In this document: positions 8,968 through 19,702 of the stretch, piece after piece
Numbering within the stretch: the stretch's first letter is position 1
Layout: every line of letters starts with the position of its first letter
Source of the DNA: Bacilli bacterium
Lineage (GTDB): Bacteria; Bacillota_I; Bacilli_A; RFN20; DUOF01
Assembly (NCBI GenBank): GCA_045128835.1
Contig: JBGVRX010000011.1
Location: 31,548 to 95,547, forward strand
Length of the DNA: 64,000 nt
Direction: 5' to 3'
The notes under the pieces: generated by a model
What the model was told of the DNA's origin: nothing
The model's input: only the letters and a program-made list of their open reading frames with translations
Databases searched by the model: none
Translations under genes and position numbers: made by a program

Positions 8968-10675
8968 ACGCTTATTTTCCTACTTTAAACCTTATAAAGT
9001 CAAATTAATATTAATTATATCAATAACCTTAATTTCTGCGATTATATCCATATTTACCCCTAAACTACTTGGAGATTTTATCACTTCTATCTATGAAAGC
9101 ATTAAAGACAGCAGTTCAGTTCAAACAAAATATTTAATAATCATTCTTATAACATTATCAGTACTCTACTTATTTAATATCTTATTATCTTTTTTAGAAA
9201 ACAATCTTATAGGAAATTTAGGGCAAAAAATAGTACATACCCTAAAAGACAAAACAAATCAAAAATTATCCAAACTTCCTGTCTCTTATTATGAAACTCA
9301 CAGCAAAGGAGAACTATTATCTAAATTTAACAATGATATAGATTCTATAACTACAATCTATACTGTCACATTGCCAAAAACTATCAATTATATCGCTACA
9401 TTTATAGGAACTTTAATAATGATGTTTTATATTGACCATCTTTTAACTCTAATAACTCTAGTTTCATTACCTTTAATATTTTTATTTACTAAACTACTAT
9501 TAAAACTTTCTAAGAAAAAACAAGAACTATATCTTCAAAAAATCGGATATTTAAATAGCGTTATAACCGAATCATACCTAAACATGGAAATTATTTCATT
9601 GTTTAATAATGATGAATTAATGACTGATAGTTTTAAAAAACTAAATAAAGAACTATCAAAAACAAACTTAAAGGTCACTTTAATAACAAGCCTTCTATCC
9701 CCTTTTATTTCCCTAATCAACTATCTTACTTATCTTTTAATCCTAGTTTTAGGATCTAAACATGTAATTGAAGGAAGAATAAAATTTGGAGAAATACAGG
9801 CACTAATACAATACACTAAGCAATTAGGATCACCCATTAATAGTTTCACCTCATTAACAACTCAAATTCAAAATTCCTTACTTGCTGCGAAAAGAATATT
9901 TGAAATACTAGATGAAAAAGAAGATGAAGAAAACACATCATCTAACACTATAAATCCCATAAATAAAATAGAATTCAAAAATGTTTCCTTTTCATACAAT
10001 GATACCCCATTTATAGAGAATTTAAATCTATCCGTAAATAAAGGAGAAAAAATAGCAATAGTCGGAGAAACTGGAAGCGGTAAATCTACAATTATAAATC
10101 TTTTAATGAATTTTTATAAAATCAATAAAGGAGAAATCCTAATAAATGGCAAAAACTTATATGATTATAATTTGAAATCTTATTACAATCAAACCTCATT
10201 AGTCCCTCAAAATACCTGGTTATTAAATGACACTATCGAAAACAACCTAAAATACGGCAACACAGACATTTTAGAAGACTCGCTAGTAAAAACCTGCAAA
10301 GATACTAATTTCATTGAAATAATAAATAAAATGCCAAATTTATATAAAGAAATAATAAATGAATGCACACAAAATATATCCGAAGGAGAAAAGCAACTAC
10401 TAACCATTACTAGAGCATTATTAAAAGAACATAGCCTTCTAGTTTTAGATGAAGCAACTAGTTACATAGATTCAAAAAATGAAGAATTGATTCAAAACGC
10501 TATAAATAATAATTATGAAAACAAAATAACGATAATAGTCGCACATCGCTTATCTACAATTATAAACGCAGATAAAATACTCGTTATAAAAAAAGGTAAA
10601 ATAATAGAAAGTGGAACACATGATTCTTTGTATAAAGAAAAAGGAGAATACTTTAAGTTATTACAAGCCTTATAA
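8957..10675 (+). CDS. Heterodimeric ABC exporter subunit B (TMD+NBD)
   Basis: GETGSGKS, degenerate signature ISEGE, LDEATS, AHRL; overlaps subunit A. Confidence 0.9.
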   Translation: MTFKRLFSYFKPYKVKLILIISITLISAIISIFTPKLLGDFITSIYESIKDSSSVQTKYLIIILITLSVLYLFNILLSFLENNLIGNLGQKIVHTLKDKTNQKLSKLPVSYYETHSKGELLSKFNNDIDSITTIYTVTLPKTINYIATFIGTLIMMFYIDHLLTLITLVSLPLIFLFTKLLLKLSKKKQELYLQKIGYLNSVITESYLNMEIISLFNNDELMTDSFKKLNKELSKTNLKVTLITSLLSPFISLINYLTYLLILVLGSKHVIEGRIKFGEIQALIQYTKQLGSPINSFTSLTTQIQNSLLAAKRIFEILDEKEDEENTSSNTINPINKIEFKNVSFSYNDTPFIENLNLSVNKGEKIAIVGETGSGKSTIINLLMNFYKINKGEILINGKNLYDYNLKSYYNQTSLVPQNTWLLNDTIENNLKYGNTDILEDSLVKTCKDTNFIEIINKMPNLYKEIINECTQNISEGEKQLLTITRALLKEHSLLVLDEATSYIDSKNEELIQNAINNNYENKITIIVAHRLSTIINADKILVIKKGKIIESGTHDSLYKEKGEYFKLLQAL

Positions 10676-11275
10676 CTTGTAATTTTCTCTTTCTTCTCCT
10701 ATTGTTGTTGTCTCCCCATGTCCTGGGAAAACTTTAAACGAATTGTCTAGAGTAAATAAATATTCTAGACTTTTTTTTAGATTCTTTTTATCTCCGCCAT
10801 ATAAGTCTGTTCTACCGCAAGTTCCTTTAAATAATGTATCTCCAGTAAATACTCCATCCCCTATAATATAACCTACCCCTCCAGGAGTATGTCCAGGAAG
10901 GAATATTACCTCAATATTAAACTCACCTATTTCTAGAACAACTTCTTCTTCAAAATAAACTACACTATCAAGTTTAATTTCTTTTTTAACGAATCTCAAA
11001 GAACCATTTTTATCTGCATCTTCAATTATTTCTTTATCGTACAAAGAAGCATAAATATTACATTTTTCTATTATTGATAACTCTTTAGCAGCACCGATAT
11101 GATCGTAATGGCCATGAGTAAGCAAAATAGCTTTAGTTTTAAGATTTTTCGAATTTAAATAAGAATTTATCTTATTAAGATCTGCGCCTGGATCTATAAC
11201 AATGCAATTACCGGCTTTACTAATAACGTAAGTATTTTCTTGTAACAATCCCGTTTTAATCATCTTAATTTCCAT
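10670..11275 (-). CDS. MBL-fold metallo-hydrolase (glyoxalase II-like)
   Basis: THGHYDH, PGHTPG, FTGDTLF, PGHG. Confidence 0.9.
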   Translation of the reverse strand: MEIKMIKTGLLQENTYVISKAGNCIVIDPGADLNKINSYLNSKNLKTKAILLTHGHYDHIGAAKELSIIEKCNIYASLYDKEIIEDADKNGSLRFVKKEIKLDSVVYFEEEVVLEIGEFNIEVIFLPGHTPGGVGYIIGDGVFTGDTLFKGTCGRTDLYGGDKKNLKKSLEYLFTLDNSFKVFPGHGETTTIGEERENYKL

Positions 11276-11297
11276 CTATTTACCCTCCTTTTGATTC

Positions 11298-11320
11298 AAA
11301 AAAAAGTCCATACGGACTTA
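11298..11320 (-). terminator. Terminator after rpmG
   Basis: Minus strand agtcc-gtat-ggact followed by T-run. Confidence 0.6.
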
Positions 11321-11467
11321 TTTCTTTTCTTTATGCATAGTTTTTTTATTACATTTTTTGCAATATTTTTGGATTTCTACTCTATCAGGGTGTAATCTCT
11401 TATTTTTAGTTCCAATATAATTTTCTTCTCCACAAACACTACAACGATATATGATGTTTTCTCTCAT
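11318..11467 (-). CDS. rpmG: 50S ribosomal protein L33, Zn-ribbon form (absent from ORF track)
   Basis: Manual translation MRENIIYRCSVCGEENYIGTKNKRLHPDRVEIQKYCKKCNKKTMHKEKK; GGAGG RBS. Confidence 0.95.
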   Translation of the reverse strand: MRENIIYRCSVCGEENYIGTKNKRLHPDRVEIQKYCKKCNKKTMHKEKK

Positions 11468-11570
11468 AAGTGCACCTCCATATAATTGACTTTAGTATAT
11501 TATCATAATTATATTAAAATTTCTACATTAAAATATAAAATTTACATTATTTTGCAATATTTAAAGTAAA

Positions 11571-12239
11571 TTAACGCCTATTTTTAGGACTTTCACTTTC
11601 TAAAATATTAGAAATTTTAGCTTTATGTCCTTTTTTCTCAATATCTTTCCTTATTTTAATCAAAGCGCTACCTATTAAGTGATAAACCTCTATTCTTGTA
11701 ACCCCTCTAGATGCTGCTATTTCTGATATTGTCACTGGGTCATTTCCTTCTAATCCATAGTGAGCAATCATACATTCAATTTGTTTACCTGTTAATCCTA
11801 TTGACTTAGAAAAAATAATTTTCTTCAAAGATTCTAAATCAATATCCGAATTCATCTCATCCTCACATTCATAAACAAGACCTTCTTTTTTTAAAGTCTC
11901 ATAATCTTCTCTAAAAGAATATAAAGACACTTCATTATCCGCGATATATCTTTCATTTGATATTTCCTTATCTACTGCATTAACGCATGTAGTAAAAATA
12001 TATCTATAAAAAGCTGAATCATTATCATAAATTCTCTCCAAAGAAGCTATCTTTTTTGATAAATAGATATAAGCACATCCTAAATATTCTTTATATTTAT
12101 CTTCACTAATATCATGTTTTCTTAAAGCTGATTTTACTGCCTTTGTAACAATATCTTGGCTATTTTCTAAAATTTCACCAACAATAGAAGAATCCTTTGT
12201 CTTCACATACAATTTAAGTAATTCGCCATTTGATTTCAT
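11571..12239 (-). CDS. Divergent sigma70-family-like protein (regions 2 and 4)
   Basis: Region-4 HTH LTGKQIECMIAHYGLEGNDPVTISEIAASRGVTRIEVYHLIGSALIKIR; region-2-like AFYRYIFTTCVNAV; GAGGT RBS before ATG 12239. Confidence 0.7.
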   Translation of the reverse strand: MKSNGELLKLYVKTKDSSIVGEILENSQDIVTKAVKSALRKHDISEDKYKEYLGCAYIYLSKKIASLERIYDNDSAFYRYIFTTCVNAVDKEISNERYIADNEVSLYSFREDYETLKKEGLVYECEDEMNSDIDLESLKKIIFSKSIGLTGKQIECMIAHYGLEGNDPVTISEIAASRGVTRIEVYHLIGSALIKIRKDIEKKGHKAKISNILESESPKNRR

Positions 12240-12257
12240 ACCTACACCTCTATAAAA

Positions 12258-12286
12258 ATTATAAGGCACAATAGCCAACAAATCAA
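12258..12286 (-). promoter_or_regulatory. sigmaA promoter of the sigma-like gene
   Basis: TTGATT-17-TATAAT on the minus strand. Confidence 0.6.
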
Positions 12287-12287
12287 C

Positions 12288-12310
12288 AAAAAAAGAGTGG
12301 TTACCCACTC
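12288..12310 (-). terminator. Terminator after the 211-aa ORF
   Basis: gagtgg-gtaa-ccactc plus T-run. Confidence 0.75.
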
Positions 12311-12311
12311 A

Positions 12312-12947
12312 TTATCTCATTGGTTTTTTAAAAGAATTTAAGATATCATACCCTTTCATTGCATGTCTGCTTACAATCTCTTGTTTATCAATTACCGATA
12401 CAGCAATTTTACTTCTCAAGTTTTCAAATAAGCTATGCTCGAACGCTCTAATTATTTTATTAAAATCATCCTTACAATACTCATCTCTAATATATCTCAT
12501 TTCAAATTCAACTTTAAAATTATAAATTTCAGTATCTAGTAGTTCCTCAAATCCAATAAAGTTAAAGTCACACATTCTATCTATTGTATCCTTAACAGAA
12601 CAACTCATTTTCTTTTTTACATTATCTCCTTTAACAAGTTTCTTTTCAAAAAAATTGCACATTGATTGTTTTAAAATTTCAACTTCCTTATCAAAAATAT
12701 TTTGACATTTTAAAACATGTGCAACTTTATCATTCATCATCTTCTGTTTAAATTCATTAATTATTATTACAAGTTTTCTCTTATCTACAACTAAATATTC
12801 GCAATTAAAATAGTCAAGGCTATCTTCCAAATCTTTAAACTCTAAATCAAAGATTTCATCAATACCCCTTTTCATACGGTTATTACTAGAACTAAACTCC
12901 TCATGCATGCTAGCAACATTATCTAACAAGCTATCGTGCGCATTCAT
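12312..12947 (-). CDS. Hypothetical helical protein
   Basis: 211-aa ORF with GGAGG RBS and own terminator; no recognisable motif. Confidence 0.7.
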   Translation of the reverse strand: MNAHDSLLDNVASMHEEFSSSNNRMKRGIDEIFDLEFKDLEDSLDYFNCEYLVVDKRKLVIIINEFKQKMMNDKVAHVLKCQNIFDKEVEILKQSMCNFFEKKLVKGDNVKKKMSCSVKDTIDRMCDFNFIGFEELLDTEIYNFKVEFEMRYIRDEYCKDDFNKIIRAFEHSLFENLRSKIAVSVIDKQEIVSRHAMKGYDILNSFKKPMR

Positions 12948-13056
12948 TGTAATTACCTCCTTTTTATTATTCTAGCATAAATTTAATAAAATAATATATT
13001 TTATGAAAGTAGTTGTTAATAATTTAACTACTACATATATTATACAGGTGATACTA

Positions 13057-13317
13057 ATGTTTATGAACATTTTAATAAATAGTTACTTAAAAAATATAAC
13101 TACTGAAAAAGCCATTCTAGTAGCCAAACAATTATGCATAAATTTTTCATTTGAAGAAATGAATATCATACTACCTATTATTAAAAATAAATGGCCAGAC
13201 TTTTTAGATGAAAATAAAAAGCCTGTTCTATTAAACCATATAGCTAATAGAACAAGCCTTGAAACATCTAAAAAAACAGATGCCTTATTAAATAAATTAT
13301 TAATTATTCTCTCTTAA
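13057..13317 (+). CDS. YqfT/DUF2624-like sporulation protein
   Basis: Pattern similar to YqfT and convergent on nfo as in Bacillus; AGGTGA RBS; CATATATT -10-like element upstream. Confidence 0.6.
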   Translation: MFMNILINSYLKNITTEKAILVAKQLCINFSFEEMNIILPIIKNKWPDFLDENKKPVLLNHIANRTSLETSKKTDALLNKLLIILS

Positions 13318-14160
13318 AAGAGCTATTTCTTCTTTATAAGGAGCCTTGTCATCAACCCAAGGTGTTTCTAATATTTTAATCATATTATCAAGTCTAGGGT
13401 GATGAACCACTTTCTTTAAAGTTTCTAGTCCGATATAACCTTTTCCAATATTTTCGTGTCTATCTTTACTAGCTCCTCTAATGTTTTTAGAATCATTAAC
13501 ATGAATAACCTTTAAGTATTGTAATCCTATAACACTATCAAATTCTTCAATAACATTATCCAAATCATTTACCAAATCATACCCTGAATCATGAGTATGA
13601 CAAGTATCAAAACAAACACCAATTTTTTCTTTTTTATCAATATTTTCTATAATATATGCTATTTGTTCAAAAGAAGCCCCTACTTCGTTACCTTTACCCG
13701 CCATAGTCTCAAGAAGTACTACAACATCACTCTCATCTTTACTAAACACTTCGTTTAATCCATCAATAATTCTAGATAAACCAACTTCAACACCTAAACC
13801 TAAGTGACTTCCAGGATGAAGAACAATATATTTACATCCTATATAAGCCGTTCTACTTATTTCATCACTCAAAACCTTTTTTGATAATTCATAAATGCCA
13901 TCATCTTTAGCATTAGCTAAATTTATAATATATGGAGCATGTACGACAACATTTTTAATATCGATATTATTTTCTTCCATTAACATTCTTGCTTCTTCAA
14001 CTTTCAATTGTTCAACTGGCTTTCTTGCACTGTTTTGAGGTGCTCCAGTATAAAACATAAAAGTATTAGCGTTATAACTAAGTGCTTGCTCAACACTTCC
14101 TAGTAGCATCTTAGGCGCAGACATATTAACATGAGAACCTATAATTATTTCCTTACTCAT
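13300..14160 (-). CDS. nfo: Endonuclease IV
   Basis: IGSHV, HAPYIINL, HPG, ETMAGKG, DTCH, DRHENIG, ILETP. Confidence 0.96.
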   Translation of the reverse strand: MSKEIIIGSHVNMSAPKMLLGSVEQALSYNANTFMFYTGAPQNSARKPVEQLKVEEARMLMEENNIDIKNVVVHAPYIINLANAKDDGIYELSKKVLSDEISRTAYIGCKYIVLHPGSHLGLGVEVGLSRIIDGLNEVFSKDESDVVVLLETMAGKGNEVGASFEQIAYIIENIDKKEKIGVCFDTCHTHDSGYDLVNDLDNVIEEFDSVIGLQYLKVIHVNDSKNIRGASKDRHENIGKGYIGLETLKKVVHHPRLDNMIKILETPWVDDKAPYKEEIALLRENN

Positions 14161-15520
14161 GATAATTCTTTCCTCCTGGTTTGTATGATTTTTTTCTTTG
14201 TTCTTCTATACTTTTCTTAATAATTTGTCTTTTGTGTTTTCTCTTTAATTTGTCTATTTCTGCTTGCATTTTCTTCTTATAACCAGGTTTAACTTTAGCA
14301 TTCTTATTTTTAATTACAACTTTATTTATTTCTTTAGATAATTCAGGATCCAATTTCTTACTTTTATTTTCTCTAACGAATGGTTTTAATGTTTTCATTA
14401 CACCATTTTTAAATTCTACATTTTCTATTTTTAATCCTTTTGCAATCAATTGTTTAATTATCTTTTCATCCTTCTCATCGTATAAAGAATAACAATCTCC
14501 AGTTGCTCCGTTTCTACCACATCTACCTGCTCTATGGAAATAGAATTCTAAATTGTGAGGAAAATCTATACTGATAACATGACTTACACCCTCAATATCA
14601 ATACCTCTAGCGGCAATATCACTAGCCACTACAAATTGATAATCAAAAGATGTAATCTTCTTCATCGCTTGTCTTCTACTTCTTGAATCTAAATCACCAT
14701 GAATTAACCCAACATTGTAACCTTTTTCTCTAAGCAATTTAAAATACTCATTAACATTCTCTTTTTTAGAAGCGAATACTAAACACAAGTAAGGATTGAT
14801 GCTTTCACATAAGCTAAGCAAAGCATCTTTTCTACTTCTTCCTTTTAATGGAATAGCATAATGGTTAACTTCATCTGCTGTTAACTCTTTTTTAGATAGT
14901 TCTATAAGAACATTACTTTCCATATATTTTTTTATAAAGATTTTTAATTGTTCACTAATAGTCGCACTGAAAGCCATTGTTTGGACATTTTTCTTTAATT
15001 TAGACATGATTGCATCTATATCTTCTAAAAATTTCATTTCAAAAATCATATCAATCTCATCTAAAACAATAGTCTTAACTTTAGATATATCATACATACC
15101 ATTACCTAAAAGTAAATCTTTAAGTCTAGCAGGAGTTCCAATAATAACGTGAGGATTACTAGATTTTTTATCTAAATCTCTTTTTCTATCAAATCCACCC
15201 ATTAAAAGTTTTACCCTTAACTTCTTTTCATTACTTGCATAATCCATTGCATTAGAATATATTTGGCTTGCTAATTCTCTAGTAGGAGCAATAATAATAA
15301 CTTCTACATTATCACTTTCTAAATAAATATTCTCCATAATAGGAATTAAGAAAGCATCAGTCTTACCACTACCGGTACTACTTTTAGCAATAATATTCTT
15401 TCCTTTTTTTGCAATAGGAACTACTTCCTTCTGTATTTGCGTTAATTCCCTATAACCCTTAGTTTCTACTAAAGTATTATAGACAAAATCTTTAAAACCA
15501 TAACCTTTAATTTCACTCAT
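14153..15520 (-). CDS. cshB: DEAD-box RNA helicase (CshB-like)
   Basis: TGSGKT, PTRELA, DEID, SAT, ARGID, HRAGRCGR; VKPGYKKK tail; adjacent to nfo. Confidence 0.88.
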   Translation of the reverse strand: MSEIKGYGFKDFVYNTLVETKGYRELTQIQKEVVPIAKKGKNIIAKSSTGSGKTDAFLIPIMENIYLESDNVEVIIIAPTRELASQIYSNAMDYASNEKKLRVKLLMGGFDRKRDLDKKSSNPHVIIGTPARLKDLLLGNGMYDISKVKTIVLDEIDMIFEMKFLEDIDAIMSKLKKNVQTMAFSATISEQLKIFIKKYMESNVLIELSKKELTADEVNHYAIPLKGRSRKDALLSLCESINPYLCLVFASKKENVNEYFKLLREKGYNVGLIHGDLDSRSRRQAMKKITSFDYQFVVASDIAARGIDIEGVSHVISIDFPHNLEFYFHRAGRCGRNGATGDCYSLYDEKDEKIIKQLIAKGLKIENVEFKNGVMKTLKPFVRENKSKKLDPELSKEINKVVIKNKNAKVKPGYKKKMQAEIDKLKRKHKRQIIKKSIEEQRKKSYKPGGKNYHE

Positions 15521-15602
15521 TTAAATCACCACCAAAATTATACCTTATTTTTAAACAGTAAACAATCCCAGATAAATGCATATTTTACTATAGGTGACAA
15601 TA

Positions 15603-16001
15603 ATGAGAAATTTTAATCCTATGTTTAATACACTTAATATGACACGAGGAGTATCTCCTTTTGCTACTGCAGGGTCTTCTTTTGCTTTTCAAAATGCCTC
15701 AAGAGGAATATTTTCTAAACTTGGAAGCAGTAAGTTAACTTTATCCGGAATCCTAAATGGTGCTCAAAAAACAATAGGAACAGTAAATCAAATTGTTCCA
15801 TTATACAATCAAATAAAACCTATTGTACAAAACTCAAAAACAATATTAAATGTAGCCAAAGGAATAAGAGGAAAACCAAGAACGCAAAGACAAAATATAA
15901 ATAAACCTATTTCTAAAAACATCGTTGATGTAAAGGAAGAAAAAAAAGAAGAAAAAGAAACTAATGTCTCTTCTCCTTCTAATCCTTTTTTCATCAAATA
16001 A
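15603..16001 (+). CDS. YqfQ/VrrA-like spore protein
   Basis: GILNGAQKTIGTVNQIVPLYNQIKPIVQN amphipathic motif, low-complexity tail, divergent from cshB as in Bacillus; CATATTTTA upstream. Confidence 0.7.
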   Translation: MRNFNPMFNTLNMTRGVSPFATAGSSFAFQNASRGIFSKLGSSKLTLSGILNGAQKTIGTVNQIVPLYNQIKPIVQNSKTILNVAKGIRGKPRTQRQNINKPISKNIVDVKEEKKEEKETNVSSPSNPFFIK

Positions 16002-16002
16002 A

Positions 16003-17115
16003 TTAAGCTAATACAAATTTCATCTCTACTGGATTGTGATCACTATATAAGAATAATTCTCCTTCTTCTTGTGCAATATTAGTAACGCTAGTTACAGTAA
16101 CATTATCACTAACAATAAACCCGTCTATAACAACACTGTAATTATAGTCTTTTGTATATGGCATATCTGTACTTCTACATGTAGGAATATTATCGCTACT
16201 AGCAAAACTATATCCTTCTGCCAAATCAGAATCACTTAACACATAAACCCATTCAGGAACTTGTTGCTCTGTAGCAAATTTATTTAAACTATTAGCGATA
16301 TCGTGGTTGAAGTCTCCTCCTGCGATAACATAGTTACCTTTTTCTCTCTCTTCCTTCAAAATTTCATTAAGCAAATCTAATTGTTTTTTACGATATACTC
16401 CGCCTTCATCATAGGCACTTAAATGAACGTTTATTAAAACTAATTCCTTACCTTCATTAACTGTATATCTAGTAATCATAAAACATCTATCTAAGTCAAA
16501 GAATTTGGTAGGAAATGATTCATCAATTGGAAGTTTATATCTAGTAGCTTCTTTAATATCATATTTAGAAAGCGTTGCTATTCCTGCTTCTGTTTTACCG
16601 ATTGGATCATTAAATGGATACAACAAATAAGCGCTATGAAAGTTTGAAGCATATACACTTGAATAACTATTAAAACTATTCATTAACATCTCATATTGAT
16701 TAACATCATAACTTCTATTAGCCTTCTTATCTACTTCTTGGAAAAACAAGAAATCCGAATTCAAATTTTTAATTGTATTTATTGCCCCATTCGTATTACT
16801 TAACACAACTTCTTTACTTTGAGCTTTTGCGTACTTCCCACTTACATAAGTGCCATCTTTCATATACCCTTCATCCATAAAAAAGGAATATTCGTGATTA
16901 TAAGCCCCAAAACCAATATTGTATGTAGATATACTATATTCCCTATGCAAAGATATAGTTTTGCTATTACTTTCTCTATCAATATCCAATTTAACAACAT
17001 CATCATAACGAGAATATTGAATAATAACATATCCTAAATACCCTCCAATAAGCAAAACAAAAACACCTACAATTATTCCAACTCCAATTAAAAACTTTTT
17101 TAATTTAGCATTCAT
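16003..17115 (-). CDS. Membrane-anchored endonuclease/exonuclease/phosphatase-family protein
   Basis: N-terminal TM; TYNIG, QEVD, HLSA, GGDFN, SDHNPV. Confidence 0.88.
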   Translation of the reverse strand: MNAKLKKFLIGVGIIVGVFVLLIGGYLGYVIIQYSRYDDVVKLDIDRESNSKTISLHREYSISTYNIGFGAYNHEYSFFMDEGYMKDGTYVSGKYAKAQSKEVVLSNTNGAINTIKNLNSDFLFFQEVDKKANRSYDVNQYEMLMNSFNSYSSVYASNFHSAYLLYPFNDPIGKTEAGIATLSKYDIKEATRYKLPIDESFPTKFFDLDRCFMITRYTVNEGKELVLINVHLSAYDEGGVYRKKQLDLLNEILKEEREKGNYVIAGGDFNHDIANSLNKFATEQQVPEWVYVLSDSDLAEGYSFASSDNIPTCRSTDMPYTKDYNYSVVIDGFIVSDNVTVTSVTNIAQEEGELFLYSDHNPVEMKFVLA

Positions 17116-17706
17116 TTACTTCTCACCTCTATTTGTTGAACCAAATCCTCCATTACGAGTAATATTTAAGCATTCATCATCTTTAGTAAGATAAAATGGC
17201 ATAAATATACCTTGAACCATTTTAGCTTTTTCTTCTCTTGCTAAACCTACACTTTTATTAACCCAATCTTTAGTTCCATGGTTTGTAAAAGATGCGAACA
17301 TATGACCTTCATTATTACTGTTACCATAATAATCAGCATCTACAACACCAACTTGATTAGATAGTCTAACATTGTATTTAAACCCTGTACCACTTCTAAT
17401 AAATAAATTAAATATCTCATCATCATTCATATGAACTCTAAATCCTGTTGGAACAACTATTGTTTCTCCAGGTTTCAAAACAAAATCATATGGAGCAAAA
17501 AAGTCATATCCTCCAGCATGAACTGTACTTCTGCACGGATAAGGTAAATCCTCATGCATCTTTTTTATCTCCTCATCACTATAAATATCTACATATTTTT
17601 TAACTGCTTTAGTAAATTCTTCTAAACTTACCTTTTCAAAGAAGCGATTACTTCTCTTGCCTTCTTCGATCTCCTCCAACAACTTCAACAACTCAAATTT
17701 ATCCAT
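17116..17706 (-). CDS. dut: Trimeric dUTPase
   Basis: AGGYDF, PTG, RSG, GVVDADYY, RNGGFGST. Confidence 0.9.
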   Translation of the reverse strand: MDKFELLKLLEEIEEGKRSNRFFEKVSLEEFTKAVKKYVDIYSDEEIKKMHEDLPYPCRSTVHAGGYDFFAPYDFVLKPGETIVVPTGFRVHMNDDEIFNLFIRSGTGFKYNVRLSNQVGVVDADYYGNSNNEGHMFASFTNHGTKDWVNKSVGLAREEKAKMVQGIFMPFYLTKDDECLNITRNGGFGSTNRGEK

Positions 17707-17773
17707 AAAAAGCCACCCTTTATATAATACTACAAAACGAGAAAATTTCCTAATTGTATTTAAGCAAATAAAT

Positions 17774-17800
17774 AAAAAAAGGTTAGATTAACTAACCTTT
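17774..17800 (-). terminator. Terminator after trmK
   Basis: ggttag/ctaacc stem with T-run on the minus strand. Confidence 0.7.
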
Positions 17801-18476
17801 AAATAACATTGTTTATTAAACTTACAATAGACTCAAGAAGCTTATAATTATAGCATTCTTTATCATTGATGTTTTCCATGATTCTAAGTAAATATGCTCT
17901 ATGATTATTCCATTTTGTTACAAATGTTTCGCTTTTTTCTTGAAGTAAGATAGGTCCAAAGAATAATTCTTCTTTACTATACTCAACATTTCCTCTTTCT
18001 GCCTTAATAATTTCATAGAAACGATTATCTTCTTCGATTAATTTTTCAAAAACAACTTTATATCCATTGTTCATTAACCAAATACGAACGTTTTCTTCAT
18101 TATTGTTAGGTTCTAGTACAAGAGTTGTAACGTGTTCTAGTTTTTCTTTATCTTTATCCAAGATATCAACGATTAAACTACCACCCATACCACAAATAGA
18201 AATTGTAGTAACATCTTTTTCAAGTTCACTTATACCATCTGACAAAACCGCTGTAACATAATTGCTTACACCATGTTTTTCAATGTTTTTTACTGTGGCT
18301 TCATAAGGTCCTTCATTAACTTCACTTGCATATGCTCTAGTTACTTTACCATTTAAAACAAGGGCAATTGGAAGTAATGCATGATCACTACCAATATCTG
18401 CAATAACATTACTTTGAGGAACCATATCATATATGGCCTGTAATCTTTTAGATAATTTTATATTAACTTGCGTCAC
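17799..18476 (-). CDS. trmK: tRNA (adenine22-N1)-methyltransferase
   Basis: [20 protein letters not shown]; follows sigA; probable GTG start overlapping the end of sigA. Confidence 0.93.
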   Translation of the reverse strand: MTQVNIKLSKRLQAIYDMVPQSNVIADIGSDHALLPIALVLNGKVTRAYASEVNEGPYEATVKNIEKHGVSNYVTAVLSDGISELEKDVTTISICGMGGSLIVDILDKDKEKLEHVTTLVLEPNNNEENVRIWLMNNGYKVVFEKLIEEDNRFYEIIKAERGNVEYSKEELFFGPILLQEKSETFVTKWNNHRAYLLRIMENINDKECYNYKLLESIVSLINNVI

Positions 18477-19698
18477 GGAAATCACCAAACCTTTTTGATC
18501 TTGTAGGATGTCTTAATTTACGAAGTGCTTTAGCTTCGATTTGTCTAATTCTTTCTCTAGTAACTCCAAATTCTCTACCAACTTCTTCTAGAGTACAAGG
18601 ACGTCCATCATCTAAACCATATCTTAAACGAAGAACTCTTTCTTCTCTATCAGTTAAGTCTTTCATAACGTTATATAATTCATCTTTTAATAACTCATTA
18701 CTTGCATATTCATTAGGTGACAATGTTTCTTTATCTTCAACGAAATCACCTACGTGAGAATCATCTTCTTCACCAATTGGTTTTTCTAATGATAATGGTT
18801 CAAGAGATAACTTTTGAATTTCTCTAACTCTATCTCCAGTCATTCCTCCACCCATTTCCTTAGCAATTTCTTCTCCACTAGGATCTCTACCTAATTTTTG
18901 AACCAATTGTCTTTGAACGCGAGTCATTTTATTAATTGTTTCTACCATATGTACAGGAATTCTTATTGTTCTTGCTTGATCTGCAATTGCTCTAGTAATT
19001 GCTTGTCTAATCCACCAAGTCGCATAAGTAGAAAATTTAAATCCTTTTTCTGGATCAAACTTTTCACTAGCTTTAATTAAACCTAAGTTTCCTTCTTGGA
19101 TTAAGTCCAAGAACAACATTCCTCTACCTAAGTATTTCTTTGCAATAGCAACAACTAATCTTAAGTTAGCTTGTACTATTTCATCTTTAGCTCTTTGATC
19201 GCCTTGAGCAATTCTATTAGCTAAATAGATTTCTCTTTCCTTAGACAATAAAGGAACTTTACCAATTTCCTTCAAATACATTTTTACAGGATCATTTACT
19301 TTTACGTCTCCACTGATAATAATATTATCATTTTCGATATACTTTAAGGCATCAGCTTCACTTCTAAGTAAATCTTCATCTAAAAATATATCATCTTCAT
19401 CTTCAACAACTTCATCTAAATTTTCTAGATTTTTCAAATCCATATCGTCAACATCGATATCTTCTAACTCCCCATTAGAATCATCTTCATTAACAACTTC
19501 TATCTTTTTACCTTTAAAATATTCGACTAAGTTTTCTAAATCAGCGTCACTTAAATCAAGATGTGAAACAGCTTCTTCAATTTCTTCGAAAGTTAAATAC
19601 TTTCCATTTGCTTTAGCTGTCTTCTCTAATCTCTTCTTAATGGCATCTAAAGACTCAAACTCTTCTAATTCATCATCGTTTTCTACTATTTTTGCCAC
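18463..19698 (-). CDS. rpoD: Primary sigma factor SigA/RpoD
   Basis: [58 protein letters not shown]. Confidence 0.98.
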   Translation of the reverse strand: MAKIVENDDELEEFESLDAIKKRLEKTAKANGKYLTFEEIEEAVSHLDLSDADLENLVEYFKGKKIEVVNEDDSNGELEDIDVDDMDLKNLENLDEVVEDEDDIFLDEDLLRSEADALKYIENDNIIISGDVKVNDPVKMYLKEIGKVPLLSKEREIYLANRIAQGDQRAKDEIVQANLRLVVAIAKKYLGRGMLFLDLIQEGNLGLIKASEKFDPEKGFKFSTYATWWIRQAITRAIADQARTIRIPVHMVETINKMTRVQRQLVQKLGRDPSGEEIAKEMGGGMTGDRVREIQKLSLEPLSLEKPIGEEDDSHVGDFVEDKETLSPNEYASNELLKDELYNVMKDLTDREERVLRLRYGLDDGRPCTLEEVGREFGVTRERIRQIEAKALRKLRHPTRSKRFGDFRDAS

Positions 19699-19702
19699 TA
19701 AA

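Noticed and set aside
7246-10675. Degenerate ABC motifs (SQR, ISEGE) as signs of decay
   Set aside because: This asymmetry is normal in heterodimeric exporters.
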